From a bacterium (GTDB lineage Bacteria; Hydrothermota; Tepidihabitantia; Tepidihabitantales; Tepidihabitantaceae): a DNA stretch of 64,000 bases. Shown here piece by piece: positions 61,304 through 64,000 of the stretch; the first letter of the stretch is position 1, and each line of letters opens with the position of its first letter. The DNA lies in assembly GCA_046485285.1 (NCBI GenBank), contig JAWOHE010000021.1, positions 994 to 64,993 of the forward strand, given 5' to 3'. A model generated the notes under the pieces. It searched no databases and was not told the origin of the DNA. It saw nothing but the letters and a program-made list of their open reading frames with translations. The translations under genes were made by a program, and so were the position numbers.

Positions 61304-64000
61304 ATGCCCAACCCCTCCCGCCTCGAAGACGCGCTAAGAGCGGCCCGCGACTTCGAGTCCTTCGCGCAGGGCCTGCTCCACGGCGCGCTCAAGTGGCCGA
61401 TTCCGGAGGAGGCGGCACGACCCTTCGAGGTCGGCTACGAGTGGAGCGAGAACGAGGTCGGAACCGACCGCACCAGCCACAAGGCCCGGGCCTTCGAGCT
61501 GATGCTTCTGCCCCGGGAGCAACAACCCTGGGGCATCTTCCTGCTCGAGTTCCACGACAGGCGCGTCTTCGACACGCGCGGGTTCGCGACTCCGCTCCGC
61601 GCGGTCTTGCGGCGGCTGGTCGCCGGCCAGCGCAAGGACCCACACCTGCCGTCGTGGAAGCTCGACAATATCCTCTTCATCTGCACCCACGACTACCACC
61701 AGTTCGTGTTCGCGATGTTTCGCGACACCTTCCGGACCGGCAAGGTCAGCGAGGCCCGGCTGGCAAGCTTCGGCTGGCACCAGGGCGAGCCCTGCCGGAC
61801 CGCAATCCAGCACAACCTGCCCCACCTCAACTGGCCGTCCGAGCCGGAGGACAAGGAGGCGTGGGCAAAGCAGTGGGCCGAAGCGTTCAACAAGGAACCG
61901 CTCACCCGCAAGTTCTTCAAGCAGTTCGACTCGGTGCTGGAGCTCATCAAGGCCGACCTTGAGAAGCTCGGCAAGCTGCCTTCGGCCGATGCCTACTCCA
62001 AGGCCCAGCTTCTGCTCGAACGGCTCATCTTCCTCTACTTCGTCCAGAACCGGGGCTGGCTCGACCAGCAGGCGAACTTCCTGCGCGACGGATTCGAACC
62101 GCACAAGAACCGACCCGACAGTCATAGCTACTATGAGGAGTTCCTTGAGCCGCTGTTCTGGTCGCTCAGCTCGCCCGGACATTCTCAGTTGCGCCGGAAC
62201 GAGGCGGTGCCGTTCCTCAACGGCGGGCTGTTCAACGACGACGAGTTTGAACCCTCGCCCCGGCGCAGAAAAGACAACCCGGCCCTGCCGATTCGTAACG
62301 CGACCTTTGCGAAGGTGTTCGACGACCTGCTCGAAGCCTTCAACTTCACCGTCCGCGAGGATACCCCGCTCAACCAGGAAGTCGCGGTTGACCCTGAGAT
62401 GCTCGGCAAGGTATTTGAGAGCATCGTGCTTCACGCCGAGGCCGCGGATGAAACCGCGTCCGCGCCCGACAAGCGCAAGGAAACCGGCTCGTTCTATACC
62501 CCGCGCATCGTCGTCCACTTCATCTGCCGGGAGGTGCTGTACCAGTGGCTCCTGCCCCGGCTGAAAGGCGACAACTGGCCCGCCCGCCTGCGGCGATTGG
62601 TCGGATTGGACGGATCCGACGGATTGGACCAAGAAGAACTGAAGACCCTCAAGTCCTGCCTCTCGCCCGAAGAAGCCTCGGCCCTGCTGGAGTTGGTCAA
62701 GGCCCTGCGCTGCTGCGACCCTGCGGTCGGCTCGGGTGCGTTCATGATTGGCCTGCTCCACGAGCTCACCAACCTCCGTCGCCTGCTCCAGGCCGTTGCC
62801 AACGGCTACATCGACCCCTTGCGCAAAGACGGCGCGAAATGGCTCCACGAGACCAAGGCCGACATCATCCAGAACAACCTGTTCGGGGTGGACATCCAGC
62901 AACAGGCCATCGAAATCTGCATGCTCCGGCTCTGGCTCAGCCTTGTCGTGGACTACGACCTCGGGCTCGACCCGTTCGCCGCGGACCGGAAGGCGTTTCT
63001 TGCCGCGCTCAAGGAAGTTTCGCAACTGCCCAACCTCGAGATGAACTTCAAGCGCGGCGACAGCCTCCACGACCACATCTGCGGGGTGCCGGTCCGAATC
63101 ATCCCCGGGAAGGAACACCGGCACCAGAAGCAGTTCGACGCCATTCACCGGCTCGGCGCGAAACTGCACAAGGCGAAGTCCTGGGACTACAAGCGCAAGC
63201 TCAGGCTTGATATTCTTAAACACCGGCTGGAGGTCAGCGAGCTGGTGATTGCCGATGAGCTCAAGCTCCTCCGCCAGAAAGACTCGGTCCTGACCGGTAT
63301 GTTCGGCGAGGCCGGGTCCGATGCCGACCGGCGTCGGCGCTTCGCCCACGAAACCGGGCAACTGGAAGAAGCGCTTGAGGGAATCCGGGCCGCGCAGAAG
63401 ACGCGCGACTGGCTGGAAGGCCGGCCTCACGAACACAACTACCAGCAGAAGCTCCGCGAGCTCGAGGGCGCGAGCTTTGACGCGCCGTTCAACTTTGCCT
63501 GGCGGATTGATTTCCCGCAGGTCTTCTATCCCGGCGTTTCTTCTCCCTCTCCCTTGAAGGGAGAGGGTCGGGGTGAGGGTGGCTTCGACATCTTCGTCGG
63601 CAACCCGCCGTTTGTCACCGCCCGGAGAAAAGAACAGCGCGAGCGCTGGCGAGAACGCTGGCAGCCGTACTGCCACGGCAAGTATCATCTGCTCGTGCCC
63701 TTTTTCCCGCTCGCGGCCGAACTGCTCAAACCCGGGGGCCAGCTTGGCTACATCGTATCCAACGCCTTTGCCAAACGCGAGTTCGGCAAACCGCTGGTCG
63801 AGAAATTCCTGCCCACCACCGACCTGCAGAAGGTTGTGGACTGCTCCGGCCTGATGTTCCCGGGCCACGGCACCCGACCTGCCTTGTCTTCAGTCGAAAT
63901 GCCAAGCCATCACCGAAAACCCCGGTCCGGGTCGTAGCAACCCTGCCCGGTGGTGGTGACCTCCGCACCCCGCCCGAGGAATCACCGCTCTGGGCAACGC
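61304..64000 (+). CDS. Large N6-adenine DNA methyltransferase, Eco57I/PglX/DrmMI-like (apparent frameshift near 63873; continues past the window end)
   Basis: N-domain LLERLIFLYFVQNRGWL and VPFLNGGLFN. FYTPRIVVHFI. Motif I CCDPAVGSGAFMIGLL. LFGVDIQQQAIEICMLRLWLSL. Motif IV FDIFVGNPPFV. The annotated frame stops at 63937, but the frame starting at 63871 stays open to 64000 with sensible sequence (HPTCLVFSRNAKPSPKTPVRVVATLPGGGDL...). Confidence 0.85.

Noticed and set aside
63890-63902. GTCGAAATG in the MTase gene resembling the GTCGAAATGAC repeat core
   Set aside because: Only 9 nt match, the partner GGAGAAATCCC half is absent, and the sequence is explained by the shifted MTase reading frame (FSRNAK).

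Overview
This is visibly very GC-rich bacterial chromosomal DNA (%GC not computed) with strong GC3 codon bias, so most long antisense ORFs in the track are shadow ORFs. I can support roughly 55 protein genes, 1 tRNA and 2 candidate small RNAs that are each delimited by a promoter and a terminator. Several secreted proteins end in FlgD-like/T9SS C-terminal sorting domains, which suggests an FCB-superphylum-type, probably uncultured, organism. Layout: 0-0.3 kb holds a repeat cluster and tRNA-Met(CAT). 0.5-6.6 kb holds a lipoprotein, a flavodoxin-fold reductase and a dapL-lysC-scpB-DUF4416-VOC operon. 6.7-6.9 kb holds a candidate sRNA. 6.9-11.7 kb is a minus-strand GT4 / ABC-2 exporter / pdxA operon. 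12.8-20.1 kb holds surface genes: a tail-fibre-like adhesin with an S74 chaperone domain, a TonB-type barrel and a T9SS cargo protein. 20.1-24.5 kb is a phoH-ybeY-corC-CNNM-recO operon. 24.7-32.6 kb holds a secreted tandem SagB/nitroreductase-fold protein and a sigma54 two-component unit next to a helical-repeat protein and a beta-barrel that sit behind a sigma54-type promoter. 32.6-33.3 kb is a lower-GC non-coding gap with a second candidate sRNA. 33.3-41.3 kb holds housekeeping and membrane genes. 41.8-47.3 kb is a single 1824-aa C25 (gingipain-type) protease with 7 CARDB repeats, a 6-bladed Kelch-like propeller and a T9SS tail. 47.4-52.2 kb holds a cupin, a histidine ammonia-lyase with an Ala-Cys-Gly triad, a Mut7-C protein, a beta-propeller T9SS cargo and a J-domain protein. 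The accessory part is 52.25-64 kb. It starts with a ~5 kb mosaic of selfish and relic genes: a truncated HIT gene plus two HIT relics, a DUF4143 ATPase, a protein with six SANT/Myb-like repeats, and Fic inserted in a duplicated hsdM tail. Two ~160 bp direct repeats bracket this mosaic. The best candidate for a new or atypical defence system follows it. This is a translationally coupled operon encoding a PLD-SNF2 helicase, a four-helix-bundle/Zn-ribbon protein and a PglX/DrmMI-like N6-adenine methyltransferase. The methyltransferase gene has an apparent frameshift and runs off the window end. A recurring sequence-level theme is near-consensus TTGACA-N16-18-TAnnnT promoters placed 5-7 nt from start codons, implying leaderless mRNAs.
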